Assembly (NCBI GenBank): GCA_030141605.1
Contig: JAQGDQ010000096.1
Span: 496,001 to 560,000 of the forward strand
Reading direction: 5' to 3'
Origin: Tubiluchus corallicola
Taxonomy: Eukaryota; Animalia; Priapulida
Length of the DNA stretch: 64,000 bases
In this document: in pieces, positions 25,310-38,600 of the stretch
How positions within the stretch are numbered: the stretch's first letter is position 1
Layout of the letters: every line of letters begins with the position of its first letter
The notes under the pieces: generated by a model
Told to the model about the DNA's origin: nothing
The model's input: only the letters and a program-made list of their open reading frames with translations
Database searches by the model: none
Program-made: the position numbers and the translations under genes

Positions 25310-28300
25310 TTGGCAACGTTCCCATTGATGAGCATTTCCTGCTTTATTTTTTAAATTGATACCTTTACCTTATATGGTAATTGGTGTGTTAGTTTATTAC
25401 ACTGTGTACTGTGAATGCTTTACAGTTTTTGTGCAATTTTTATATACTCATTACAGCTTATTCAGTCATTTTTTCATACATTCTAGTCCTATATAAGAGA
25501 GCTTTTCCATAACATTGATGACTTAGTTATAGTTACAATCTGTGAAATTGTTAGATCCATCTCAAAGACTTCTCTTTTAGGCTTTTGACCAAAGTTAGTT
25601 TAAATTTGATTCATACCTTGAGTTTTCATCTCCTTTCTTGACTGACGCACTTTATGACATGTTGCAATGCAATGTGCTATGATCTTAAAGCTTTTTTTAC
25701 ACGAAATTTGTGTTAAATATTTCCCATGGAGTTTTGATTTGTTTGGTAGATGTTTATTTTTTTTTAGTTGTTCTTTATTTATAACATATAATCAGTTGAC
25801 ATGGTGCTTCGTTGTTGTGAAGAATAATTAAAATTAGTGCTATGATAAAACTTTAGAGTTTTGGTGTTACTCAATCATGATAGAGTAGGTAGAAGTACCT
25901 GTAAATGTCTGGTATGGAGCTGAGAACGTACAAGCACATAAAAGATGTATGCAAAGCTGGAGGATAGCTGAGCAACTAAGTTTACCTGGACTGCCTATCC
26001 TAGTTCAGTGATTGAACTTGTTCCAGACTGGGAGTAACTGTCAATGCTAAACGTTCTTCGTGCATCAAAAGCAGATTGTTTTGTAGACTGTCTAGTAGCC
26101 ATATAAAGTACATGAAAAATGTCACGTGCTACTTGTTGTAAGACTGTGACACAGTGCCGCATCAAGTATTACAATTTTACATGTCTGTTCCATTCCGATC
26201 AGGGTGATGGAATCCGTGAACATGTGCCATACATTTAATATCATTAGGTATTGTGGTTAAGGTAGATGTAATATTTAGTATCATGTAAATAGTATTTAAT
26301 GTACAGTGTCATTGCATAGCGACGTTTGCACGAACCAGGAGAACTAAGCAAGTTGATGTCTGAAAATAAATTTAAGAACAACTCTAATGTCAAATATTTG
26401 ACCTTGTGTCTTACATTTGTAACCAAACCATGCAGCCTTGATTCAACTTCCTGCTACATTTATCAAGTACTTCTTATTTTGAGATAAGAACTTTTCACTT
26501 GAGCATAGTGGCAGTCCATAGCAGACAATTCTTCCGTCAAGTTTAACTGCAGTTTTTAGTTCCAGCACAGGTAAAATGCCTATATGAGCTGATCCTGGCA
26601 TACTTAGAATATTTGACTGGTAGTCACCCAGTGAACTTACTGACCAGGCACAAAGTTGCTTAGCTTTGATGTTACTGGTCATCCTGTGACCACTCAGCAA
26701 CTCCTTTACCACCGTGAACAAATCCTCGTGTTAGTTTCCTAGGTTGCTGCATATGGATCAGTCGATCTTGACAAGAATTATCAACCATGGAACTTGCTTC
26801 TCTACTGCAGTGACACTGTATTACAACATTAATTCCCTCTGTTGCATGTTGAAACATGTCGTAAGCGTATGTATCACTGTGTTATTCGATTTCGATGAAG
26901 TGCTGTAGAATTGTGTAGATTAGACTTAGTCTGTTGTCCATAGATATCAGTAATAAATGATTAATTACATACACTCCAGTATGTCTACCTACCTCTACTG
27001 TGGGCCTACTGTAAAGTACACATTTTGTAATATGTATTTATTATTAGCTGATAATGTTGGCGAAGCAGCCAAGTTTTCTGAGGAATATCAAAATCATTTG
27101 TCAATGCTAATGGTACTGTGTGCATTTGTGCAGTGTTTTTCTTTTTGAAATTATTAATTGTTCTTACTAATATTTTTTCAGTTTTTGTTTGGTAATTATC
27201 TTCCTGTTTCATGCAAATCTGTTATCTAGAAAGCTGCAAATTTTTTGCCAGTCAGTCAAGTGCCATTTTTTCTAAGCAGACAGATTAACTACTATTGTTT
27301 GCTGATTTGGAAATTTTTCAATTCAGAAGTAATAGGTGGTAAAATCTGTGTTAATTTTTTTGATGCATTATTGCCACGAGTCTTAGTGCAGCATTTCAAA
27401 AATTTGAATTTATATTTATAAAAGCTTTGATTTTATATTAGCCATTCATCTTGAAATGCAGCTGTGTTTGAAGCTTTATTATTTCATGAGAGTAGAAGCA
27501 ATTAAGACTTGTAATGTAACCTTAACAGCTACTGTATATTACTGCAATTTGATACATTTCATGTTGACACCTACGCACTACTACACTTCGTTATTGTGTG
27601 ATTATATTTTTTTGGTATTGCATGTGCATGGTGTGTTGTGATAATATTTTGGTGTTTACTATACTGATAAATTATAATATATATTACTGAGGGTGAGAGG
27701 ATCTAGTCATTTTTCTCTATTTATATTCATCTGTGTATTTATAAGTTATTACATAATAATCGTTTATGTATATGCAATTATTAATAATTGTGTAATCTGG
27801 ACATTAGCAAATCAACACATCTACTGCTTACATTCACTTTCATTAGGTATGATAAAGTCTTGGAAATATTTTACTGTTTAACTTTATACATTTAACTCAA
27901 TTGATGATGGATGACAACTAGTGAAGACTTTATAAAATATGGTAGCAAAATTTTCGAACTCATTTGATTTGTTAACTGACATAAGTTTCTGCCATTATGC
28001 AAATTGCAATCACCAGACTATGCGATGATATTAACTTGATAGTTCTTATTGGTGAATCATTCTATACATTGTTTATTGCCGTTCAGGTGCATGAATGTTG
28101 TAAAACACAACACTTTTTACTTTTTGATTGCAGACACTTCTATCTGTTGCTACTGCCCCCACTGCATTGTCTCTACGATTGTATTTGCTAAGTCATTTTG
28201 CAGTAAATTGTTAGATGTCAACAGTTAACCTCTCTTGGCTTTCTTATTGCTTTACGAGGCTTTATCTATCGCTGCCTAAAGCAATACGTAATGCTTTGAG

Positions 28301-31300
28301 ATTCCCAAGCAGCCATATTGCATGACCAATCCAATGAAATCTTCTTACTCCGAGGGTTTTCTTCGTGCAATTCATCATTGGATATTCTATCAGCATATAT
28401 CATAACTTATAGTTTTCTGAAACTATAGAAACTCTTATGGAAACGCCTTTGAAAAACGTCAGTTTATTTTTGTTGTTTGACTTTTATTGTTCGCAGTTCA
28501 GCATTGACCAAGAATACATGCTTAGCTAAAGTATTGAAGGACTCATAACTGAAATGCATTAATGAATGTAGGTAGTATGTGTGTGGGTTGTCTAAATGCT
28601 CAGAGTAAACCAGCTACGTACCAAAGATGATATAAGTATATATTGGTATTTATATAGATGTGCTTGGATTGTTGTGAATGCACTTGTCTTTGTGTCATTT
28701 TGTCAATGTTGGGTATTATATAATTGAACGATACAGATTTCCAAATAGTTGGTGTTGCTTTCTGATCTAATAATATGACGAGGTTTAGGTAAATTGTAGG
28801 TATAAATATTTTAAGAAAGCTTTAACAATACATCTGTCCCAGTGCTGTTTTTTACCAGTCAGCATGCACAGGTCTACGCAATGTGCCTAACTCTGCATGA
28901 TTATTATAATTGTTTGTGTTTACTGCACAGTAGTATTAGAACTATATAGTAAGAATAATTCTGTATAAACGATGAGTTATGCTAGTCTTAAGCCTTTGCA
29001 AGTGTGTGAGTGTTTAATATCTATTTATTATTAGTATCTATTTATTACTAACGTGGTAATTATAAAGCCATCTTGGCTGGTATAAGGGTGAGTTGAATCT
29101 AGTCATTTAAGTTATTTAAGGCAAAAATGCTAATAGCTGTTCTAAGCATGTCAGTAGTGGTCTCTTCAATAGGTCTTGTAGTAATGGTGAGTGTGCAATT
29201 GTATATTTTATCAATAACTATGTCTATCTTTTCGCGCAATATAATGTCTGTAATGTTTATTATTCAAAAATTTGTGCAAAAAATTGAAAAATAGAACATT
29301 GATACCAATACTAGATAGTGAATGTTGGAATACATGAGTGTAGGCCTGTTGTACTATTTAAAGTAAGGCCGGTTATGTGCAATACTATTTATGACATGAT
29401 TTTACTGTGTGATGTAATTTATTTTCCTTATGCTAAATAATTGCTATATTTATTAATTTATTTATTCATTTATCCTTTCTTGATTTGCTATTTATAATAA
29501 TTTATTAAACAATTTGTTTTTGTGATGTGACTTGCAGTATGTAACTATTGTGATTTTTTATAGCAAACTGATTAATTTTATTCTTGGTTATAAAAGGGCT
29601 GGAATTAAATCTGATTTATATTTGTACGTTCATGCAGCACAGCATAAAGTGTGTCAGTCAAAAATTTGTTCTCAGTCTGTGAACATCTTTTCTGTAAAAT
29701 TGTTTGTCCGTTCTGAGCCTATTCATTTGTAACTCTGAGGTATCTAGATGCTCTCTATGACAATACCAAACTTACGGACAATAATTATGTACGTTCTCTG
29801 TGCCTGTAGTCCTAACCTTCTTAAGCAGTTCAGGTTTAGACCATTCTATTTCTAGATCCATGCTAGTCAACAGCATTTTCAAATAACAGAACTAACACCT
29901 TGTAACTTGTTTTATTTGCGTTAAGGTCATAATTAATTTGCGCACTTAATTTTTTTTACAAGAAAATCGACGTATTTTGAGTAGGTACATATAGACGTAG
30001 ATAGATTCGACCTACTTATTTGGCGAGGGAAGGAATTATCTTTTCCCGCACTGTCTCTTGTGGGTCAGATGAGTAACCAACCTGAACAGGGTATTTTGTA
30101 TGTACATTCCAAATAAATTATATTTCCTGTCAGTAGTTCCATATATTAAATTAAGATTAGATTTTTTCATTGTGTTATCAGAATTAGTGCTAGTTTTTGT
30201 GAATCAAATTAGTAAATAAATAATGTGCAGGTAATCAAGATATTTTATGCTTGAGTAATTTTAGAAAAGTGTTGTGTTGGTAGATAGCCGTCCTTAGCGA
30301 CGGGAAGATGCTGTGCAGCTTCCTAGGCGGAGGATGAGGAATCTCCAAGAGTGCACATGTAACAATCATGAAAGTAGTTTAGTTGTCTATTGTAGCACTG
30401 TTTTCATACCAAAATGGGTCATCCAGATACTTATCGTTTTAAACCATGAACAGAAAAGACCATCTGAGTGACCCACTAGGGGGTGAACCACTTTGGTGTG
30501 AATGGAGTATAATGTTGTCTTAGTGTTGTAATCTAGCAGCTGTATAGCAGTTTTTTATTAACTAATTATATAAATTATTCTGGGATAATCCCATTATTGT
30601 ATGTTGTTCATGGTAGTTTTAAGCACACTTTTAAATTAGTAAGATGTCACACTTCAGTTTGTCAATTTTGCATCTATAGCGTTGATGTTGTACCCTCCTG
30701 TTTTCCATTTTTATTATATTCACTGCTAGTGTATGTGTGCGTAAATAGACTGAATAGACTATATTTGCTTGTACATAAACATATATACAAGTATGTATAT
30801 TGATAATTACTGTTGAAAATAATTTTTATTTTCACAACATGGACAGGTTGGATCTCAAAACAAAGTAGCATAGTTTATGTGTTCTAGCTGTTACCAAATA
30901 TTGCTTAGCAACATTACTACGATTACACAAGCAGAATGAATTATAATACAAGAGAGTATACAAAACGTTATGGCCTTTATAGTCTCAAAGATTATAAATT
31001 TATTCAGTAGCTTTTGACGTAGGGGCCTCACTGAATAGAAAGTGCTGGTAACCAGCTAGGGCAAAAGCTACTGAACAAATATTATAATCTTCGAGACTAT
31101 AAACGGCATTATGGTTTCTCTGTTAAGAATGAATTGTGCTTTAAACAAAAAATTGTCTAATGTACTTGGTTACTGATGCTGTTAAACTAACACCAACTGA
31201 TTTTTTTCAAATTGAGCACATAAATTTGACAACTAATTTAAGCGCCCTGTTAAAACCTATTCACCACTTTACGGCTTTGTTATGGACAGATACTCACAGT

Positions 31301-31981
31301 GTACAGGTGGTGGAGCTAGTAAGTTGTGCTGCCACCAAGTGGTCTTTAACTGGTTTTAATAACACTGTAAAGATTCTGCACAAAATTACATCTTCTGTTC
31401 AGTTTTGATCGCGACCAAGTACAAATTATCTGAGTTGTTAGTATCCGTGCAAAATTGTACTCTATGACTTGGAGATCATAGATAAGATCAGTGAAGTACA
31501 ATTTTGCTTGCAAATTGACAAAGGCCACATTGGTAATTGTCAAATGAGCATTTCATTTTGTCATTTATTAGGAATTTTATTGTAAAAATATTTTTGAAAA
31601 AACTGTTGTATCCTGTAAAATACTCTTGAGCATTGAGTAACAGTGTGCAGTAGTTTGAAAACATATAAATGGTATAGTCACAAGCTTTAAAAGGCATGTA
31701 TTAAATGTTAGAAGTATACATTGTGATCTTCTATGTGCGAATGTTTAATCTAATCACTTTATCGTGCAATTTTTACTTCTCTTATATAGTACAGTTTTAC
31801 GTATGTATTGTGTTATATTATATATAAATGCAGTGTTTCATGTATTACATTGAATGTGATTAAAATCAAGCGCATTTTTCTATTTGTTTGCCCTTTTGGC
31901 AGCCTATTATAATGATTATGTTGCAAAAGATTTTTTTCTATGCAAATTTTGTGATCATGCTGAATTAATTATAAAAATAAA
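25310..31981 (+). other. Probable long 3' UTR of the BTBD8-like gene
   Basis: No further exons are recognisable. The T-rich plus-strand skew continues to ~32.2 kb and then flips to A-rich. There is an ATTAAA at ~31858 and an AATAAA at ~31976. The end point is inferred. Confidence 0.45.
30976..31103. repeat. Inverted-repeat (foldback/MITE-like) hairpin with ~47-bp arms
   Basis: Left arm TTTATAGTCTCAAAGATTATAAATTTATTCAGTAGCTTTTGACGTAG versus the reverse complement of the right arm, TTTATAGTCTCGAAGATTATAATATTTGTTCAGTAGCTTTTGCCCTAG. The loop is ~33 nt. Confidence 0.9.
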
Positions 31982-33707
31982 CCTATAGGATATCATATGT
32001 CATTTAACTTGTTAATTGTACTTTGGTGAGGGATGTTCTGTTGGCGATGTGTAGTAGCTTAAGTTCTCTCTGCGTCAACTTATCGTTCCGATGCAACTCG
32101 TAAATAAATTAAGCACACTACTCTCAAGTGATTCAAACTGAGTACTTTGAGAGGGTATTTTCTGAAATAACACTGTGTTTCTTTCAGAAATGTTTAAGAT
32201 ATTTTATATACTTTATCCTAGTATAAAAATAGTACATTTTATTGTTCTAGTGTACTGACTCACAGACAGTATACAGTTCACTGATTTATAATATCAGAGA
32301 TTCTGATACATTTCCACATAGTTGTAATACATTGTAGTTACAGATATAATTTTTATTATCATACTTTTACACATGCAACACATCAATAAATTTCACTTTA
32401 CCTACAGTAATAATTATATAGAATTTAAAAAACGACAAGGACAATGAATTCTGGAAAACGTGTGAAGGAATAGAGGATCAGGAAACACAAACAGACAAAA
32501 CAATCCTCTAAAATCCACACTACTATTTTACTAAATTATGTTATTTCTTAGAAGCCTATTAGACTTTTAGACTTATTACAGAATTTTTTATATAAACGAA
32601 AACATGGCAAGGCATAACTTACATCTATTTGGCATCAAAACAATTGTGATTTTGTTACATGTTATTTTGTGTATCACAGAAGCACAGATTTTAAAAGTGC
32701 CAGATGTATATTAATAAAAACAATAGCTTCGGTGGTAACAGAATAATTTTTTGAGAAACCAAAATAATGTAAACTGTCTGCCACAAAAATAATTCCCACA
32801 AGGCAATTTGTAATCTTTCCAGCACACACTTTCGACAGTTTTAGTGGATCATGATGAATTTCAGAATTTACAGCTCACTTTTGCTTTATGTAGCAATTTC
32901 AGATGAAAGGTTGTTTACCCGAATAAGTGAGCAAACACAAAATCAACAATGTTCTTACCATTAAGTTCAATGACAATGTCAATTGAGATTATAAGACAAA
33001 CATAATACTCTAAATCAAAACAACAAATAGACTTTTCTCTGAGCAAACAAAAAGAGTATGTGAGTTCATAGTATTGCACTTTTAGTTTGAATGTAAACAT
33101 CTACATTAAAACTTAATACTGTAGTTCTAAGTTTTGACTAACAAAGTGTGGTTGATGGATGGTGTCAATTTAACAAATACAAGCAAAAATTATTCCAATA
33201 CTGCATGTGAATGAAGTAAAGTTAAAAGCACATCTACTACTGTTTAGTCTGGTTTAATAAAAACTGCTAATTTCATTTACACAAAAGAAGTAACTGCTTT
33301 TTTAAATACTACTAGTAATTAAATCAAATCTAGTTGACTTCACTGGACATGCTTTGTAGTTTTAGCATATGTTAAGTTCTTACGATGTTCATTCTCGTCA
33401 AATGATTTTAGTAAAAAAGAAAAAAAGCATGTGATATACAGCACCAGAACTAAAATTGCACTATAAAAAAGGAAACTGATCCCAGAAAAGTGTGGTAAAG
33501 TTAGAGAAAATGAAACTGGATGTAAAATCAAAGACTCAAAATTTTGATTACGTGCAAATATAACAATAAACACTGAAAGAAATGCAACATAACCAATAAT
33601 ATAACTGGTAATTATCCTTTCACTAACTACGTTCTGGCAAAAATGATATATAAAGTAATGCTACCATCTCTAACATCAAAAATAACTGTTGCAGAGTTGG
33701 GCTTTAA

Positions 33708-34149
33708 CCCTTTCATACCCGTTGTATCCCGTGGGATACGAGAATATTTTCTGTCTTTAAAATTAATAAAATTTTAAAACTGACAGTTATTTGATCAGTT
33801 GATAGTTATTTTGATTTAAGCCAATAACAAAAGACTAAAAATGGTGATAAAATGGCAAACTAGAAAATCTACATAACATAAAAAACTGCTCAAAGTACAG
33901 TACTTTAGAGACGACTTTGTGCAGATCAGCATAGCATGCATACTAAATGTCTTAAATACTTTAAAAAATTATTAGCAGTTGCAAAATGAAGCACATTTTA
34001 TGCTTCCATTGAATCCCAATGTATCCCGTGGGATACAGGCTATATTTAGCACGAGGGCACAGGTAGAAAAAAAATTATTATTTTTTTGAACAAAAGTACC
34101 AAGCCAAAAATTTTTTTCTTAGTAAAAAAATAATTTGGGACTGAAAGGG
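33708..34149. mobile_element. Non-autonomous piggyBac-type element (442 bp)
   Basis: TTAA|CCCTTTCATACCC ... GGGACTGAAAGGG|TTAA: TTAA TSD on both sides and 13-bp CCC..GGG TIRs with 2 mismatches. The internal palindrome GTATCCCGTGGGATAC occurs twice (33724, 34021). Confidence 0.88.
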
Positions 34150-35676
34150 TTAAAAGATATATTTGTATATACATGAATATGTATATACAAACACGGATTT
34201 TACTTTATATATATATATATATATATATGTATGAATGTGTATACTCTCTATATGGGCCCAAACTGTAAAGAAATAATAAGTATGCGAGGTTATTCAATTA
34301 AACTCTTAAATATCATGCAATAATTTGTTTACAAAGCTCATCACAACACATAATTTACGCTTAAAAACCTCATATTTAGGTTAAATAAGCCCTTGAACAA
34401 AAGTGCACAAACACCATTAAAACAGTTATGCAACAATGATTAATTCACATTTTAAGTGACGATTATTAATCTAAAACAGCAAGTCACACGACAAACTATA
34501 ATTCTCACATTAGGTGTCTTTCGCTGTAAGCAAAATGTACAACATAAATAGATTGTCATACTGCGTAAAACACAAACTTGAGAATAATGATTTTATACAA
34601 TACTTCTCTGTTTTTACTGCAATGCATTAGTAAGAGTCACATTATAAGGACAGACTTGAACATAATTCAGAGTTTGTGTGAAATGTTTTTACGGGGCTTC
34701 CAATGAAATTTACTAGTATAAAGTTAAAAGTTAATGAAATAAATCCTGCTGCTGAAAACATAGAGTAACCAGCAATGGGACTAACATTATAATAGTTTTT
34801 CTACCCTGCAATGCAGAACTATTGCAGTACTAATTTAACAGTCTTGGATATAATTACTGCCGTAATCTATGAACACACAGATCAACCTAAGCACTAAAAT
34901 ACTATTAAACTTACTAACCTACACACATTTCTATGCACATTGATAGCTAAAACCTAGCTAGCGAAAAAATGTCTTATTCATACTTGAAGATACAACGAAA
35001 TACGACAATGAGATTGCACAACACTACTCTTTTTATAAGGAGTGGAGTATTCAGAACTGAGTAAAAATAAGCTCTTAATAAAATATGCCAATGTTGTAAT
35101 CATTAGTAAACATGCTAAATAAGTAAAATAATTAGATAATGGTGAATATGAATATCTCACAGGGAAATACATTACGTAACTAATACAGCAGGTTTGCAGA
35201 CGTGTATAACACCCAGCATGACTCACAGAATGTCAAGGTAGCATGCAACTGTTCCACTGTGATGAAAAGACAACAAAATTCCCTACACTGTTTTATGCCA
35301 CCCAGACACGCCAGTTTAATGAGTGTTTTTCAAAACTATCATTTACTAATCTATGACAACTCGTATTCGATTAGAAATACTGAGATTCATTAAAGCCCTA
35401 GAACACAACAATTGCAAAAAGTTGCAATTATGGTCTGTCTGGACATTTCTATACCATAAATACAGAATAATCAAGTACTAAATATGACATTAAAACTTTT
35501 AATTCTTAGTAGAGTAAAAATAAATTACAGACACTTCAGTAAAATGACTCCTGAGCAAGGAAAAGAACACGGATACACCTTTAATATCAAATATCTTGGT
35601 TGGTTCTTATGTAAAATGAAAGAAGATTCTAGAAAAATGAAGAGATTCGATGCAGGTGGAGTTGAATAGTTGTGGT

Positions 35677-38600
35677 TTACGTTCTCTGGGCTTTCATTGT
35701 CTGAAAAACGTAATGATAATAATAATCATAGTAGTTTATTCTTAAAAGTGCTCAATCTGAAGATCTTAGTGCTTTTTACAATAAAATTAAAGGAGATAAA
35801 AAAATCATACATAATCAATCACAATAAAAATTATTATGCATGACAATTTAAAAGAAATAGCTACGTATGATACTGAATAAAAATTTGCAGTTACAATCTA
35901 CAGTAAAGATAGTTAAAACAATAAAACAAAATTTGTAGGTAAAAATTTGCATGAAAATGAATCGAAAGTCAACAGAAAATGCCAAAAAAGAACAGAAAGA
36001 AAAAGTAAGAACAGTAAGAGAAGTTCATATGAAAAGCAAGACTGTACTGCATCTGTTTGGTTGACCTTTTGGGTGACCTGTTTAAGGCAGAAAAAGTTTA
36101 ATTAAAGAACATTTGAATGAGAGAATTTTTGCAAAGAGAATGAATGAGACACCAGTATTATACAATAAAAAAGCAACAAATTTTTTATCTGCAAGACTTA
36201 AGTTTTTTCATTTGCATATGAAAAAAGGGGAGGGTGGCAGCATCATGAATGTCACAAAAAGGTAAAGTATTTAACAGGGCTAATTTTACCTCCTTGTGCA
36301 AAGCATTTGACTGAGGGATACACTGACTCTGAAAAGATTCTTAACAAAATCTGTTAAGAACTAGTAGCCACATATGAGCTTGTTGAAGATTTAAAATTAT
36401 AAAATAGTTGTGCCATATGGGTACCTAGAAGTCATTGGTACCACTCCTGTTATGCTGATGCTTTCTGCATTTGTGGTTTTTGCGTGAAATGGTCTCAATG
36501 AAGAATTTTTCTTCAGTTTTGTGCATTTATTATTGTGCATTTGCTCCTTGTGTTCTTCTTCTGTACGACCAGTTTACACTTAAAGCATAACACTACATTT
36601 GAGTGCACTCAAAATGCAAGTGATTTGTTTCTGGAAGAAAACTGCAAAAGTCCTGCAAAAGCATTTCAGTTAAAGCATGCAGCTTACCCGACTAATGTCG
36701 ACGCCCGTCATTGTTTCTACAACCTTTGGTAACTGACTGACAATATCCATGACTTCACCAGTGAGTTTTGATGCACCCATTTCACCCTTGCCGCTGCTCA
36801 CCATCGTCACCTTCTTCGCTTGAGACAGTGGCGCCGCCACCTCTGCGACCACCTAGAAAGAACAGTATTGCATCGAATAAGCAATGTATGGAAATCTTGC
36901 CTTACCATTTCTTACTTGTACATTAAAAATATAATTTCTGAAACTGTAATTCCTGTAAGTAAAAGGAAAAATGCTGCATGGCACAAAGCACTCAAAGACA
37001 GGGATTACTCATGGAACTGTTCGTGGCATCGAGGATATCTCTCTAAGATTAGACTGTGAAAGAATAGATTAGCAACAACTACAAAAGATTCATGACAAGA
37101 TCATAAGATGATGAAATAACTCAACACAAAAACTAAAGCAAAAACTGTTAAAAATTTAGAGCAGATTGGTTCCAATAAGTTTGTGGTTCATTTCACAATG
37201 ATACCTTCGGTAGTGTGTCCAGTACCATATCCACCATCGCAGCATCCTTGTATTCCTTCCACGCATCCGCTTTCTTTGCCATCTGTTCCGCTTCTGCCTT
37301 GGCTTTGGCTTCAATTGCAAATGCCTCGGCTTCACCCTTGACCCTCACTGCTTCGCTGGCTGCTTCTGCCTCCATGACAACTTTGTTCCTGGACAAAATT
37401 TGATACACACTACATTCAGTTCTCATTACTATTTCAAAGTTCCTGCAATACATCCTCTTTTAGATTTACAATTTGAAATGTGAAAGGTTAACTTTGCATC
37501 ATTTTGGACATTTGCATAAAAAACTGCATATAATATATTTTATTTTTGTTTTGCTAAAGATAACAGTTCACGCACAACAGTTAAACAGTTAAGCAACACG
37601 GAAATTATGACAACTAATTAACTTTTAATTTGTAAAATAACACATATACAGCAAACAAATACAGTGTAGGCTGAACTTAATGACTTATTTTCATGAAATT
37701 GCACGTTTATAGGAAATGATTTCAAAGCATCATCCTTCCACTACCTCATTCATTTCATCATAATACTAATTCCTACATTCTCACTTTTCCATACTCATAA
37801 TTCCATAATCAGGACAGTCTTACAAGCCTCGGTTTCTGATTAGAGGCATCACAATATGTTATACTAACTATACTTTGTATTTTTGAAATGTAATTTGTTT
37901 GAGAAGATGGAATAAACTACTACTACCACTATAAATACAACCACAGTGAAAATCTACCTAAAATTATTCATATTTCACTGTAAGTTTCATTTCGTGGCCC
38001 AGCAAGGCAGTTTAACATTACATCTCTTAATACAACTTAGTATGGCCTCCGTTGGTGTAAATCAGTGGCAGTCATCCTTCAATAAATCTATCCTGAAACT
38101 GGACTCTTGAACAGACCCAGAAGGGTCATGCTTTTCTAATTTTTGACATCATCAAAAACAAAACAAACTGTTACTTTCTGGAATTTTTTCATTCATGTTT
38201 GCAATTGACTAATCAGTTGCAAGTGCATTGCCTTACATGAAGTGCCTCAACTAACTAATTTTAAGACATATTTTTAACATGCAAGATTCGAAGTTCTTGG
38301 ATGTTTTCATTAACAATCTTACTTATTTGCTTCTGCAATTTTCTCCAGTCTGTATTTCTCGGCTTCGGCTGGCTGCTGAACCTGAGCTGCTAGTTCCTTC
38401 TCCTTGCGAAGGATTTCCTGTTCTTGCAGCGCTATCTGTTGAGCGCGTTCCACAACGGTGATCTGCATTTCCTCTTCCTTGATCCTCTGCTTGGTTTTAG
38501 CCGCCTTAAATAATCGCAAAAAATATGGGTGACAAATATGCATAATAGGACCAAATAAGCTGTTCTGAAATTTTGCTAATAAATGCGATAATACCAGCAC

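Noticed and set aside
26443-26857. Two overlapping minus-strand ORFs (92 and 61 aa) in a less AT-rich patch
   Set aside because: No recognisable domain and no consistent exon chain. The region lies antisense within the probable BTBD8 3' UTR.
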